Shown one piece after another: positions 1-18,543 of a DNA stretch of 64,000 nucleotides. The number at the start of each line of letters is the position of its first letter. Position 1 is the stretch's first letter. Both the position numbers and the translations under genes were made by a program. The DNA is taken from NCBI RefSeq assembly GCF_009914755.1, contig NC_060925.1; one strand, written 5' to 3'. Origin of the DNA: the human T2T-CHM13v2.0 reference genome, Homo sapiens. The notes beneath the pieces are model-generated. The model was not told the DNA's origin. It saw only the letters and a list, made by a program, of their open reading frames with translations, and did no database searches.

Positions 1-2498
1 TATGAACAACATGGCAAGGAAAAGAAGCTTCAACTCACTAAAATAAACTTACAGAAACTTATCAGGAGTAATTTGTATACAATGTGCCAATTACTAACAA
101 GCTGCATCTGTTTAGTAAATGTATCTTAAAACTTTTTAAAAATCGCTATTGAAAACATCACTTTATCTTACTGAATATGAGCACAGTTCTTTTGAATTTA
201 TTGCCAGTATTTCCTAATTCAGTCAGTTTTCACACCTTCAGGTGGATTTCCCTATTTTAATTATGTCTTGGAATAGGATGCCAAACCTCCAGCGTCTTTC
301 CTCTCTTGGTGTGTTGTGAGTTGGATTTTTCATTCTTTAAAAGTGTTTAAACTTTCTTTTGTGGATAGATAAGAAGCTTTCAGTAAATAACAAGTTTCTA
401 TATGTGAGTTTGGGAAATATTGGTGTATTTAAATTGGTGTGCTGAAGAGGAATCTTTGTACATTTTCATTCTTTTTCCCACAAGTACATTAGCAAGGAGA
501 TGATTTGTCATGTTTGACACTTGGAACCCCTGCTGTTTATTTCAGATGAGTATCTAGAATCCTTGTCTTAGATGAATTGATTACGACATTTAAAATAAAC
601 CTCAGAAGTCAGTGATTAAACTTTTACTCTTGATGATTTCCAGAGCCCTATAGTACTTCTAAGGGGTCTATTAAACAAAGGATTAGTAGTTTTGTTTTTT
701 TACCATTTAACAAAAACAAGGTAGATATTAAATGGAGTCTATGAGAAGCCAGCCTGAAAAAGCAGGTATGCATAAATATTGAAAAGGGAAACCCTAAATT
801 TATTTACCTCAGGAAATTGCTTTTAAAGCCATGGGACCAGCAAGACTCTTAGTAACTCCTACCCTGTACCCAGAATCTTGATTTAGGGAGTTTAAACCTC
901 AGTTTTAGCTCATTTGGTTATGAAAGATACCTTTTTAAAATTTAATCTAGTAACTAGAAGAAACTAAATAATTGGTTCAACACCAAGAGGCTATGCAACC
1001 AAAACTGAGAGACAAAATTGAATTGAAAAATGTTAACCAACTCTGAAGTATTTATGACAGCTGGAATTCCGGGCAGTTCTTTTCTCCTTGTTCTGCAAAT
1101 CATTTGGCACTTGCTCACTGACTTGGCAAATGAGGAAAAAATATTTTAGGAAGGCAGTATGTGCTGGGGTAGGTCTAGAGACACTTCACATGCTATCATA
1201 TACCTAGAAGAGACTTTTCTGGAGGAATTTCTCCACTAGAAAGTATGCTTTTATAATTGATTGTAATCTGACTTCTCTGTTTTTAGAAACAGATAAATTT
1301 GCCACTGGATGTTCAGTTTTTATTTCTGGCTTATCTGTTTCATGGTTTTTTCTTTTGTTTTCCCTCTCCTGCAAGGAAAGTATCTATCCAGAGAGTTTGA
1401 GAAACCATGCCTTTAAATTAACTAACTGCTGAGTTCTACAGAATTGGAGAAAATTGATTATTTCCTTGTATTTCACAGACTGTATCCTTTTAAGTGACAT
1501 CTCTTAAATAACTTCATTTGCAATCTGCAGAGACTCATTTTCCTGCATCTGTGCAATGACTGTGAGTTTTGGATGCAGTATGCCCAGGGCCCTCACTAGT
1601 AATTGGTAACAGAAGCAGCAGTAGCCTGTGAGGATGGGAACATGAATTAAACCCTCCTTAGTGCTGGTGGTGGATCACCTCCCTCAAGCATAGCCCTTTA
1701 ATCGGGTTGTATTCACTTTCATAATCTGCATCTGCCTCTCCCTTCTTTTCTTATATTGTTACTGTTTTCAAATGAAAAGAGTGGAAGGTAAGTTTTTTTT
1801 TAATTGTACTTAATTACAATAACAACCAGCAGTAAGATATATCTTTGCCAGTTGCTCTTATTCATGGTGTAGATAAAAAAATCTGAGTACAGTGGGCAAT
1901 AAATAGTGGAAAACCAATCCCACTTTATCTTTAGATTAAATTGAATGTACTTTCTTCTTAAAAATACTGTTTTGTTTAGTTGTTAAATCCTGAAAAGAAA
2001 CTAGTATATTTGCTAACTGGAGTTATTTGGAAAAAACAAAAATGCATCTGTTCCCAGTCAGATATGAGAAAGCCTGCTGATTAACTGAAGAGTTTTTATT
2101 CTATATGTAAAGAAAATATTATTTGAAAGAGTTTTCTAGTAAATTTTACTTATTTGTAGCCAGCTGCTTAGGAGTAGTGGTTAATGTCAATGATCTATAT
2201 CATAGTAGATAGGAAAAGTGGATCCAAGAACCCCAATGGGTTTTTACACCAACATACGTAATTTTTGGCTTTTTGATGGAAACAAAGTTTCTCATCATTG
2301 ACAAGCCTGACACTCAGGAATGTACAGTTAGGTTACTATCAAGTCTCTGTGGTTCTGGAAATTCATCTTGCTCTACCAGAGTTATATATTGTTAAATGGA
2401 GAAGAACACAACACTAGCCTTCTGTGCACACCGGGGTGGGGGTGTTTTTTAGTTACTCTTTGCTAACTTCGTGCGTCCTTGGGTACTTTATGGTCCGA

Positions 2499-2516
2499 TA
2501 GTGCCCTCTTGTGGCA
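2499..2516 (-). promoter_or_regulatory. CTCF-like motif
   Basis: Reverse complement TGCCACAAGAGGGCACTA closely matches the CTCF core (CCASYAGRKGGCRS-like). Confidence 0.5.
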
Positions 2517-3230
2517 CCTAGTTAAGATCATGTAGCTCAGCCACAGAAATATGACCTAAGTAGTCAGACCATTTCCATTTTAAAAAACAATATTTTATGT
2601 TTTGCTTATGTGATTTTAGTAAGTTCTTTTAAGCTTTGAGCAGATGCATTCTCCCAAGTTTTCTTTGGTGTGTACCTGTTGTAACTATACTTTTAACGAT
2701 CCCAAGCCTTAGTGGTATCTTAAGAAGTTCATCCCGCACAAGGGGGAGAGAGCTGACTAGGATAGGGTGTGGAGTGTTACCACATTGTAGATAGGGGTCA
2801 GAGTACCTGTCTAGGTACCACAGCTCACAGTTTTTCTCTCGTTTCCAATGACCTGGAGCCCTGTTAAAATCCCCGTGCCTGTGAAACTGTAAGCTATTAT
2901 TATGGTATATTAAAATGGTCTTTGTGTGGTTTACTACCTTAAGAAAATGTTGATAGTTTTTCAGTCACTGTAGAAGTACACCTCCATTTTAAATGTGCTG
3001 CAATATGAATGAAGTGACCTGTGTTTCATCACTTGTTCAAATGATTCTTATCCATGTTTTTGTACTTAGTAAGGGCCATACGTAGTGGGATTAAATATTT
3101 GTGCCCTTGCTTTGAAAACAAAACTGAAAGTGAATGACACATAAGGGCAGGGATTTCAGAACAGATTTTTCTTGAATAAAAATGCTTGTGTCAAAAATTC
3201 AAACATTTGTCTCTTTCCTTTCCATTCCAG

Positions 3231-4133
3231 TTCTAGGTCTCGTTCCAGATCATATTCTCCAGCTCATAACAGAGAAAGAAACCACCCAAGAGTATATCAG
3301 AATCGGGATTTCCGAGGTCACAACAGAGGCTATAGAAGGCCCTATTATTTCCGTGGGCGTAACAGAGGCTTTTATCCATGGGGCCAATATAACCGAGGAG
3401 GCTATGGAAACTACCGCTCAAATTGGCAGAATTACCGGCAAGCATACAGTCCTCGTCGAGGCCGTTCAAGATCCCGGTCCCCAAAGAGAAGGTCCCCTTC
3501 ACCAAGGTCCAGGAGCCATTCTAGAAACTCTGATAAGTCGTCTTCTGACCGGTCAAGGCGCTCCTCATCCTCCCGTTCTTCCTCCAACCATAGCCGAGTT
3601 GAATCTTCTAAGCGCAAGTCTGCAAAGGAGAAAAAGTCCTCTTCTAAGGATAGCCGGCCATCTCAGGCTGCCGGGGATAACCAGGGAGATGAGGCCAAGG
3701 AGCAGACATTCTCTGGAGGCACCTCTCAAGATACAAAAGCATCTGAGAGCTCGAAGCCATGGCCAGATGCCACCTACGGCACTGGTTCTGCATCACGGGC
3801 CTCAGCAGTTTCTGAGCTGAGTCCTCGGGAGCGAAGCCCAGCTCTCAAAAGCCCCCTCCAGTCTGTGGTGGTGAGGCGGCGGTCACCCCGTCCTAGCCCC
3901 GTGCCAAAACCTAGTCCTCCACTTTCCAGCACATCCCAGATGGGCTCAACTCTGCCGAGTGGTGCCGGGTATCAGTCTGGGACACACCAAGGTCAGTTCG
4001 ACCATGGTTCTGGGTCCCTGAGTCCATCCAAAAAGAGCCCTGTGGGTAAGAGTCCACCATCCACTGGCTCCACATATGGCTCATCTCAGAAGGAGGAGAG
4101 TGCTGCTTCAGGAGGAGCAGCCTATACAAAGAG
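3231..4133 (+). CDS. THRAP3: THRAP3 (TRAP150, BCLAF1 family) large RS/Ser-rich exon; start codon lies upstream of the window
   Basis: Acceptor ttccag|TT at 3230/3231. Encodes [29 protein letters not shown]...AAYTKR. Ends at a GC donor, AG|gcaagt. Confidence 0.96.
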
Positions 4134-5009
4134 GCAAGTATCTCATTTCCCCTGCCTGGTTGTGTTTTTATCTCACTAGCTGGCAGTTTAATTGTAATGT
4201 GATCTAAGTTAGAGCTCTGATTAATGGTAAAAGGTAATCCCTATTTCCTAGACTTTTCGTTAGTAAACATTAAAAGCATCACCCAAGGAAACCTTTAGGT
4301 TAACTCTAGCTTTCCTACCTTCCTGAATTTGTATTGCAGCATAAACTTTCTTTAGACTACTCTGCAATGATGTTTTCACATTTAAAATTTGCCTTGGATT
4401 CTACCAATGTAAGCCAAAGAACAGTAGAGATTTGTGGGTCAGCTATCAAAAAAAAGTATGGTCTTTGCCAAAATGAATGGCCATTGGAGCTCTTAGACCC
4501 TCTAGCACCCACCATCTACTATGTTCGATCTGCATCAGCCTATCATGGTGAAGAGCTGCACCCTCAATACCCTCCAGTTGAGGAGACTGGGCAGAATGGG
4601 AAAGGCCAAGGCATAGTCCAGGAAGGCCTTGTTTTAAAACCACAAGGTGGGTGTATGTCCCAGTAGAAGCCAACACGGCTGCGTGTTAGGAGAGGACATG
4701 ACAGTGCTTCCGTCTTTCTCCCCTGGGGGACACGGTGAGTTGGAACATGAATCTTTGTTTGTATGGTTGGATGGATTGGGATGGCAGAGAGGTTACAGGG
4801 AAGTTGCACTGGGACCAGGTTGTGGTCAAGAGGGACTAACCCAGCAAGTGGCTCCCCCTTTTTTTTTCTTTTATCGTATTTAGCATGTTTTTTGATCCCT
4901 TGATTCTTCTTGGCTGTATTAACACAACTTTGACTTGATTAAGCTTTCTGCATTAATGGTACAGATGAGATGTTTTGAATCTGTACTTGCCTTCAGTAAG
5001 TCTGTTTTA

Positions 5010-5245
5010 TTTTATTTATTTATTTATTTATTTCAATAGGTTTTTGGGCGAATAGGTGGTGTTTGGTTACATGGATAAGTTTGTTAATGGTGATTTCTGA
5101 GGTTTTGGTGCACCCATCACCTGAGCAGTGTACACTGTACCCAGTGTGTAGTTTTTTATCCTTGCCCCCTCCCATCCTTCTCCTTGAGTTCCCAAAGTTC
5201 ATTATGTCATTCTTATGCCTTTGGGTCCTCATAGTGTAGCTCCCA
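5010..5245 (-). mobile_element. 5'-truncated L1 3' end (L1PB-like)
   Basis: (TTTA)n tail; TSD AGTAAGTCTRTTTTA at 4995-5009 and 5246-5260. Confidence 0.7.
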
Positions 5246-5922
5246 AGTAAGTCTATTTTAAAACATAAGTTTTGTTCCATGCCAGGACTGTGAATCTCTT
5301 TAGAAGACTTGAGCATGAGCTCTGCTTTTCCATAAGAAAGAGAATGATGATTTTTGCTGCTGTCACCCTCTCCCCCATTAACATGTATTTTGTTTTTATT
5401 TGTGTTCACAGTATATTTCGTATTTAGATCTTCTAGGTGACTTGAAGCAAATTTGAAGTCTCTTTTTAGACTTGTATTTCCAAATGTGAGTTGTATAAAA
5501 GCAAAACAGTCCAAGGTTGAACATTCTATGTTAACTTTGCTGAAAGCAGATTTTAAGTGACTGAGTGAAGGTTGGGTAAGACCTTAAGTTATTTTTTGCC
5601 CTAGATCACATTACAGGTAAGTAGGTTTTTGTTTTTGTTTTTGAGTATCCTAAAAATAACTTTTGTTGTTCTCTTTGGTTGCTTTTGTAAGACACAACTC
5701 CATGGATCATATATTTTTCTCTTAATTGCCAAGTTCATAGAACTGTGAATGGCAGTTTTCAGAAATTATTACGAAGTAACCGCATAGAAAGTCCTTTGGT
5801 AATACAGGAATCCATAAGACATGTTTTTTTCAGAGAATCAAAAACCAAAAACGGTAAGGCACTATTTTAGAGCATGCTGTTAAGAAGCCTCTTGTGTCTC
5901 TCTCTTGTGTTTTTATAAATAG

Positions 5923-6627
5923 GTATCTAGAAGAGCAGAAGACAGAGAATGGAAAAGATAAGGAACAGAAACAAACAAATACCGATAAAGAAAAAATAAA
6001 AGAGAAAGGGAGCTTCTCTGACACAGGCTTGGGTGATGGAAAAATGAAATCTGATTCTTTTGCTCCCAAAACTGATTCTGAGAAGCCTTTTCGGGGCAGT
6101 CAGTCTCCCAAAAGGTATAAGCTCCGAGATGACTTTGAGAAGAAGATGGCTGACTTCCACAAGGAGGAGATGGATGATCAAGATAAGGACAAAGCTAAGG
6201 GAAGAAAGGAATCTGAGTTTGATGATGAACCCAAATTTATGTCTAAAGTCATAGGTGCAAACAAAAACCAGGAGGAGGAGAAGTCAGGCAAATGGGAGGG
6301 CCTGGTATATGCACCTCCAGGGAAGGAAAAGCAGAGAAAAACAGAGGAGCTGGAGGAGGAGTCTTTCCCAGAGAGATCCAAAAAGGAAGATCGGGGCAAG
6401 AGAAGCGAAGGTGGGCACAGGGGCTTTGTGCCTGAGAAGAATTTCCGAGTGACTGCTTATAAAGCAGTCCAGGAGAAAAGCTCATCACCTCCCCCAAGAA
6501 AGACCTCTGAGAGCCGAGACAAGCTGGGAGCGAAAGGAGATTTTCCCACAGGAAAGTCTTCCTTTTCCATTACTCGAGAGGCACAGGTCAATGTCCGGAT
6601 GGACTCTTTTGATGAGGACCTCGCACG
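5923..6627 (+). CDS. THRAP3: THRAP3 exon (charged region)
   Basis: aatag|G TAT CTA (YLEEQK...DEDLAR), donor CG|gtgag, phase consistent. Confidence 0.96.
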
Positions 6628-7008
6628 GTGAGATATGCTCCTTCTTGATCCTCAGTGCTTTAGTGGCCTAAGTGGTGTCGCCTAGCCTTTCTCCCTGGGG
6701 ACATTCTGCTGTATTCCCCCTTCTGTCTTAAGCTTCAGTGGTGATACTTTCATGTCCACCTGTGTTCACTGGAGAGTATGTGTCACAGAGTGATTGTGTG
6801 CTTTTGAAGGGGGGCAGTATCCCTGGGGTGATGAAGTATCTCTTCAGTCCTTAGTGACTGGCTCACTCTCTGTTCATCACTGCACCCCCAAGTCCAATGC
6901 TGTTTCTTGTATTTAAGATAGCTTTGCCTGTGAAGCCATCCTGGATCCACTTCTTCGTTCCTAGCTGGGTTGCCAAAGTCTATAGTACGGCCCTTCCCCA
7001 TCAAATAA

Positions 7009-7950
<942 letters not shown>

Positions 7951-8236
7951 GTAGTTTATCTTTTAAAATACTTTCTCATTTGTTGGGTGTGTTAAAACCA
8001 GCAGTGACTAAGGTTTAACACTTCACTCCACTTGAAGATTCCAGTAAGAAAGAGAAGAGAGAGATTTTGTATATACTTTTCCATAGTTACAGTGCACTGA
8101 GGGTTACTTTCAACTTCGGTAGGAAGAAAAGAAGTTTATAGATAGATTTAAAACTCTTCAAAAAAGTATTTTTATGGTTTTAATGTTCTTCCTGTGTATT
8201 GTGTTCTAATTGGGCCTCCCCATATTTCTTTTTCAG

Positions 8237-8409
8237 ACCCAGTGGCTTATTGGCTCAGGAACGCAAGCTTTGCCGAGATCTAGTCCATAGCAACAAAAAG
8301 GAACAGGAGTTTCGTTCCATTTTCCAGCACATACAATCAGCTCAGTCTCAGCGTAGCCCCTCAGAACTGTTTGCCCAACATATAGTGACCATTGTTCACC
8401 ATGTTAAAG
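8237..8409 (+). CDS. THRAP3: THRAP3 exon
   Basis: tttcag|A CCC AGT ([10 protein letters not shown]...HHVK), donor G|gtgagt. Confidence 0.95.
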
Positions 8410-9083
8410 GTGAGTCCAGACCCTGGCCTGCTTCAGGCTCGTGTTCCACACTTAGAAGAAGGATGAATGATGGGTGGATAAGGAGTTTTGGGGGACCTTG
8501 TATCTCATCTAAAGGGCCTTTGAAGCTAGGGGCTGGCTTGAAGGAAATTCCATTCAAGAAGCAGTTTCCATATTTTAATTGCAGAGCTTAGCATTTTGAA
8601 ATGCTAGTAACCTGTGACCAAGAGAACAGGTGAAATCCTTAACACAAAGATTTAAAATGGTTGAAAACTGAGAAGCCAATAGCAAAATGACTTTTCTAGC
8701 ATCTCTGTCTTCTCCCCTCTAAGTGATCTCTTATGGACCTTCTGGTGTGAATTTCTTCCCCAAAGTATTCTATCATCCCCCTGGGCAAATGGGGTTGGGC
8801 AAGTTAGGGAATGACTAAGAGAAGTGATGGAGAAGCTGGGTTGGGCCAGTTGCAGGTTCCATCTGAATATAAACTCAAGCAAGAGTTGGTGCTGTGCTTC
8901 TGAGGAGAATAAGCTTCAAGTTTCTCTGTCCTAAGACATGGGAGCTACAGTGGAAATCTAGTGCCCAATATGGGACCGTGTTTGAACCAGCCATTTTTCC
9001 TTCCTCTTCTCAGTATGTTTGTTGTGTGGATTTAACTACTTTAGGTGCATCTCTGTGGTTACGGGTTCCTGCAAAAGAGTTAA

Positions 9084-9423
<340 letters not shown>

Positions 9424-9451
9424 CATAATGTGTTTCTTTTAATCCCAACAG

Positions 9452-9563
9452 AGCATCACTTTGGGTCCTCAGGAATGACATTACATGAACGCTTTACTAA
9501 ATACCTAAAGAGAGGAACTGAGCAGGAGGCAGCCAAAAACAAGAAAAGCCCAGAGATACACAG
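9452..9563 (+). CDS. THRAP3: THRAP3 exon
   Basis: caacag|AG CAT CAC ([15 protein letters not shown]...EIHR), donor AG|gtaagg. Confidence 0.93.
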
Positions 9564-9842
9564 GTAAGGACCATGGCCTTATACTGGAGGTTGTAATAAA
9601 AGACTTTGTATCAGACATTAAACTCACCTTGTTAAATTCTGCTGCTAATGCACCTTTAATACAAAATTTACAGTAACATCCTTCAGACTCTAAGAGAGCT
9701 ATAGGCATTTATATTTGAGAGTGTACAGGACATGCTTTGGGACAACAGTCTCTCACATTGGGCCTGAGGAAAACAGCTCTCTTGACATAGATTAACTCCT
9801 ATATTCTTGGAAGCTGGCAAATGTTGCCTGAAATTACTGTGA

Positions 9843-10206
<364 letters not shown>

Positions 10207-10497
10207 TAAGCCTGTATATTAATATTTCATGGTAGTTTAATCATGGGTAGTTGGATTCTTCTGGAAGAATTTGCCTGGGGGCTAGAGGCGGGAGCTTGTA
10301 GGATTATCTCACAGAATTTTAAAGCCCAGCAGGTTTAAAGACTATTCCATTTGGTTGTGGGAGTCAGTTCAGTGGATAGGGACTAGAAACAAAGTTGGCC
10401 TTATCTTTGAGGCTATGGGTGAGTCCATCTTTCTGTGTGTAGCAAAACCAGGAGAGAACAAAAACCTCTAACTTCTGTTACACTGTGGGAACCTGGG

Positions 10498-10499
<2 letters not shown>

Positions 10500-10542
<43 letters not shown>
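10500..10542. repeat. (TG)n microsatellite, ~21 units
   Basis: Direct reading. Confidence 0.95.
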
Positions 10543-10543
<1 letters not shown>

Positions 10544-10713
10544 TGCCTATGGGAGAGTATAAGTATATAAGAGTAAAAGTAATAGATACATAAGTCATGA
10601 AACGTAAGGAAAAATAATGCCTGTGAATCTATTAGCCAACTTAAGAGCTAGAATATTACCAGTATCATATTCACACAATGGAATACTATATCGTTTTGTA
10701 TTTTCAATTTTAG

Positions 10714-10798
10714 GAGAATAGACATTTCCCCCAGTACATTCAGAAAACATGGTTTGGCTCATGATGAAATGAAAAGTCCCCGGGAACCTGGCTACAAG
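10714..10798 (+). CDS. THRAP3: THRAP3 exon
   Basis: ttttag|G AGA ATA GAC ([13 protein letters not shown]...PGYK), donor AAG|gtgaac. Confidence 0.93.
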
Positions 10799-10912
10799 GT
10801 GAACTGTTGATTTGATCAGTAATTCCAACAAAATGAGTGCGTTGGGCATGAACTTGACAGAAATGTGTTTGTTTAAATTACTCTCTACTTAAGTTTGTGT
10901 TTTTCTTTTAAG

Positions 10913-11021
10913 GATGGGCATAATTCTAAAAATGAACTACAAAGGGTTAATTTTTATTAAATGTATCAACAACCTTTGTGAAGTGGTTAGAATATGGTAA
11001 ATGACCCCAAAGTCTATTGAG
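10913..11021 (+). other. THRAP3: Candidate alternative (poison) cassette exon in a THRAP3 intron
   Basis: Pyrimidine tract plus ttaag| acceptor, GAG|gtgagc donor, in-frame stop TAA 10958-10960. Confidence 0.6.
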
Positions 11022-11804
11022 GTGAGCTTGAGAAAAAAAAGAGAGGAGTTTTGGAACAAGTGCCCATGATGAGAGAAGAAACTTTTTGTGATATTTTTCT
11101 GCTTGTAAGTATTATCAAATCAACTGTATACATGCACTATTTCCAACCATGATTTCAGAAAGACATGCATGTCAGAGAAGAGTGAAATATTCATGTCTTA
11201 ACTTAAGTAGACTGTTTTTAAACAGCTGGTCCAGTTTTTTTTCCTAACATTGTACCATATCTATCATCTGTCAATTACTGTTACTTTAAAGCTAAAGATT
11301 ACTTTGATGGCCCAGCTACATTTGCAATGATGTGCACGTAAACACTGTTAAGAGGTTAAAGCTTGTATACAATCTGTTACTGTGAAATAACTAAATTGGG
11401 CTTTAAAAAAATCTTAGTATTTATTGATCTTCATTCACATATACAGTTGAAATTTAAAATAACAGATGGTTATTCCAATGCTGCTGAAACCTTTTCTAAA
11501 AAATACTTGTTTTGTTGGTTGAATGTGATGAGAGGCGCTTCTGGGCAGTCTCTCTTCTCTCCCACCCGTCTTTCCTCCTCCGAGTACCCCTTCTCCAGCT
11601 TTGTACTAGCCATGTAAAACCCAAGGTTTTCTTTAAAACATCAGAAGAGATCTCGTCCTCCATGCCCCAAAAAAGCCAACTCATTGGAGGTGTTACCCCT
11701 GGGAGCAGTGTTGCATTTGTCTTTTTGTCTTTTTTTGCTCTTTGGAGGATGCAGAGGCCCAGTTCCCTCTGTTAGGAAACAAATTAAGTGATAAAACAAT
11801 AAAC

Positions 11805-12112
<308 letters not shown>

Positions 12113-12409
12113 AAGAATAAACCTAGTTTCTGCCACTCCTGCTGTTAAACTTTTTTTTTTAAAAGTTTAGTAGTTCACATATGTAAACTATTAATGCAGA
12201 ATGAACTGCTCATTTCTTCCTCCCTGAGTTACCTCCATGAGACAAATCCTAGTGTGGGATGTCCCGGAACTACCATGCACCTTTGCCCCACCGAGTTTCC
12301 CAAGAATTGTTGAAAGCCTTTGCTGCAGTGGTCTGAGCAGGTGTGCTGTTGCTGCTGCAAAACATACCTTCATAGCTGAACTGCTTAGGAAGCCAGCAGA
12401 GAAGTTTTT

Positions 12410-12540
12410 TCCTTCCTTCCTTCCTTCCTTCCCTCCTCCCTTCCTTCCTCCCTCCCTTCCTTCTTCCCTCCCTTCCTCCCTTTCTCCCTGTTTCTTTGGT
12501 TTCTTTCCCCCTTCCCCTTCCTTTCCCTTTCCTTTCACCT
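12410..12540. repeat. (CCTT)n / polypyrimidine low-complexity tract
   Basis: Direct reading. Confidence 0.85.
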
Positions 12541-12799
12541 GATAATACCAGTTTATGAATTCCCCATAGTTTTTGATATTCCCTTTCTAGAGAAATTTGT
12601 CAGTATAACTCAGGGTTTTGAAGGCTGCTTAAGTCTTCCATTGTCTCTCTTTGGACTCAGTACTCAGAGATAATTCCAAGTGGAGGATAAGCCATGGGTG
12701 GATACTACAGTATAGGTAGGGGAAGGTGAGCTTTTCTACTCTTAGTGGTGGCTAATCCTGAGCCAGCCCAACCACCTACTTTTCCAGAGCTAATTTTAG

Positions 12800-16686
<3,887 letters not shown>

Positions 16687-17732
16687 TAGCACGGATGTTT
16701 AGTGGGGTCAGAGTTGAAGTTACATGAATCCTATCACAGTAACTTAGATTTCCCCTTTGTATGAATAAGTGTGTGTGGGTGAGGAGCAGGGAGCATGATG
16801 CCTTTCATAATGGAAGACTGAGGGAGGGAAGGACAATGATAGGTTACTGACATTTGGCTGGCTCTGCTACTCCTCCACTCCTGGGATCCTGGCCTTGCTG
16901 CCCCCTAGAGGTATTCAGTAACCTCCACTATCACATGGCAGGGCTGGTACTGACTTTAGTACATAGATAATGACTCATCGTATTAAGCTAATTTGCCCTA
17001 GTCTGTAATTTCCCCTAGATGAAGGAAAGGGAAGGGAAATAACTCTGGGAGAGTTGCGCCAGATCCTAGGCTTAGTCACACAACCTGTTTGAGCTCAGTG
17101 GGAGGTAATATGTGGAGTCGTGGTATAATTAGTCAGAGCTAGGTTAGAATCCAGACTCTGCTCGCTTCTCTCACCTGAGCCTCCTACCTGTAAAATGAGG
17201 GAAATAATACTGAGTTGTATTGTCCTTTACTGCATGCCAGCTATGTTGGTGTAAAGTGTTTAAACACAGTGTTTATTTAGAGAACCCTGTAAGACAGGTA
17301 GCATTCCTGTAAGAAATAAAAGTAATAGAACGCACTAACAGATGATAATATACAAAGCTATTTATCTGGCCCAGTACCAGATACTTTGGAGCTCTCAATA
17401 TAGTGTTAATTTCCTTCTCCCTTATTAATTCATGCCTGTATCTTAGACTGAGCTCCTGGAGGCCATGGACTGTGTTTTGTTCCTGCTTCTATGTATGTCA
17501 TATGTTTATCACAGACTCAGACATAGATGTGTCACTGAACATGACTGACAGAATTGAGAGGAAGTATCTTGGGTGGGTAGGTTGGGGGTGAGCTGGCTTT
17601 ATAAGGTTACTCATCATCAGTTTCTTCCATCACAGGCATACTTTTGATTGCCCTGTGCTTATCCATGAGGCCCCAGCCAAGCAGTGTCCCTTAGAAAGAT
17701 GATTGATCACCCTGGCTCTTCTCTTTTCACAG

Positions 17733-17931
17733 GAAGCATCGGAGAGCAAGAGACAGGTCCAGATCCTCCTCCTCTTCCTCCCAGTCATCTCACTCCTACA
17801 AAGCAGAAGAGTACACTGAAGAGACAGAGGAAAGAGAGGAGAGCACCACGGGCTTTGACAAATCAAGACTGGGGACCAAAGACTTTGTGGGTCCAAGTGA
17901 AAGAGGAGGTGGCAGAGCTCGAGGAACCTTT
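17733..17931 (+). CDS. THRAP3: THRAP3 exon
   Basis: tcacag|G AAG CAT ([15 protein letters not shown]...RARGTF), donor TTT|gtaaga. Confidence 0.93.
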
Positions 17932-18399
17932 GTAAGACCTTCCCCTCTCCCCCTTTCTCTGAGACCCTTGCTCCTACCAGCTTTGATCACGTTTCATCAG
18001 AATACCAGTTTTGTTGCCTTTGACATAAGTAATCCAATCCAAAGACCCTGGAATCTTTGGTTCTCCTTCCCACATTTCCTGGCCTTTCCATTTTTTGTTA
18101 CTTTTCTGTTCATAATCACTTAGCTAGAAAGCCTCTTATGGCTTCTGGTCTCAGAACTTCCCCCACTTAACCTTGACTACTGCTGTTTATAGGGAGGCCC
18201 TTGGGGCAGGTTTGTCCTCTGTGTAGGCTGCAGACTTGAGATGAGCAGAAAGGGAATGGCTGGAAACCAGCTGACCAGCATATGACTGGAAGACAGCTGT
18301 CTATTCCACACCAGAAAAATGTTTGAACAAAAAGCAGGGGGGTTTGTTCCCCATTCCTGGCATGATCCTTTGTTCTTTTTCCCTCATTTATTGCAATAG

Positions 18400-18543
18400 C
18401 AGTTTCGAGCCAGAGGAAGAGGCTGGGGCAGAGGCAACTACTCTGGGAACAATAACAACAACAGCAACAACGATTTTCAAAAAAGAAACCGGGAAGAGGA
18501 GTGGGACCCAGAGTACACACCCAAAAGCAAGAAGTATTACTTG
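18400..18543 (+). CDS. THRAP3: THRAP3 exon
   Basis: aatag|CAG TTT CGA ([12 protein letters not shown]...[17 protein letters not shown]), donor TTG|gtatgt. Confidence 0.93.

Noticed and set aside
3182-3820. 212-aa alternative-frame ORF overlapping the THRAP3 RS exon
   Set aside because: Its ATG is intronic and it has no recognisable domain; most likely a by-product of Ser/Arg codon bias
12191-12542. Glu/Gly/Arg-rich and Pro/Ser/Phe-rich ORFs
   Set aside because: Produced by the (CCTT)n low-complexity tract
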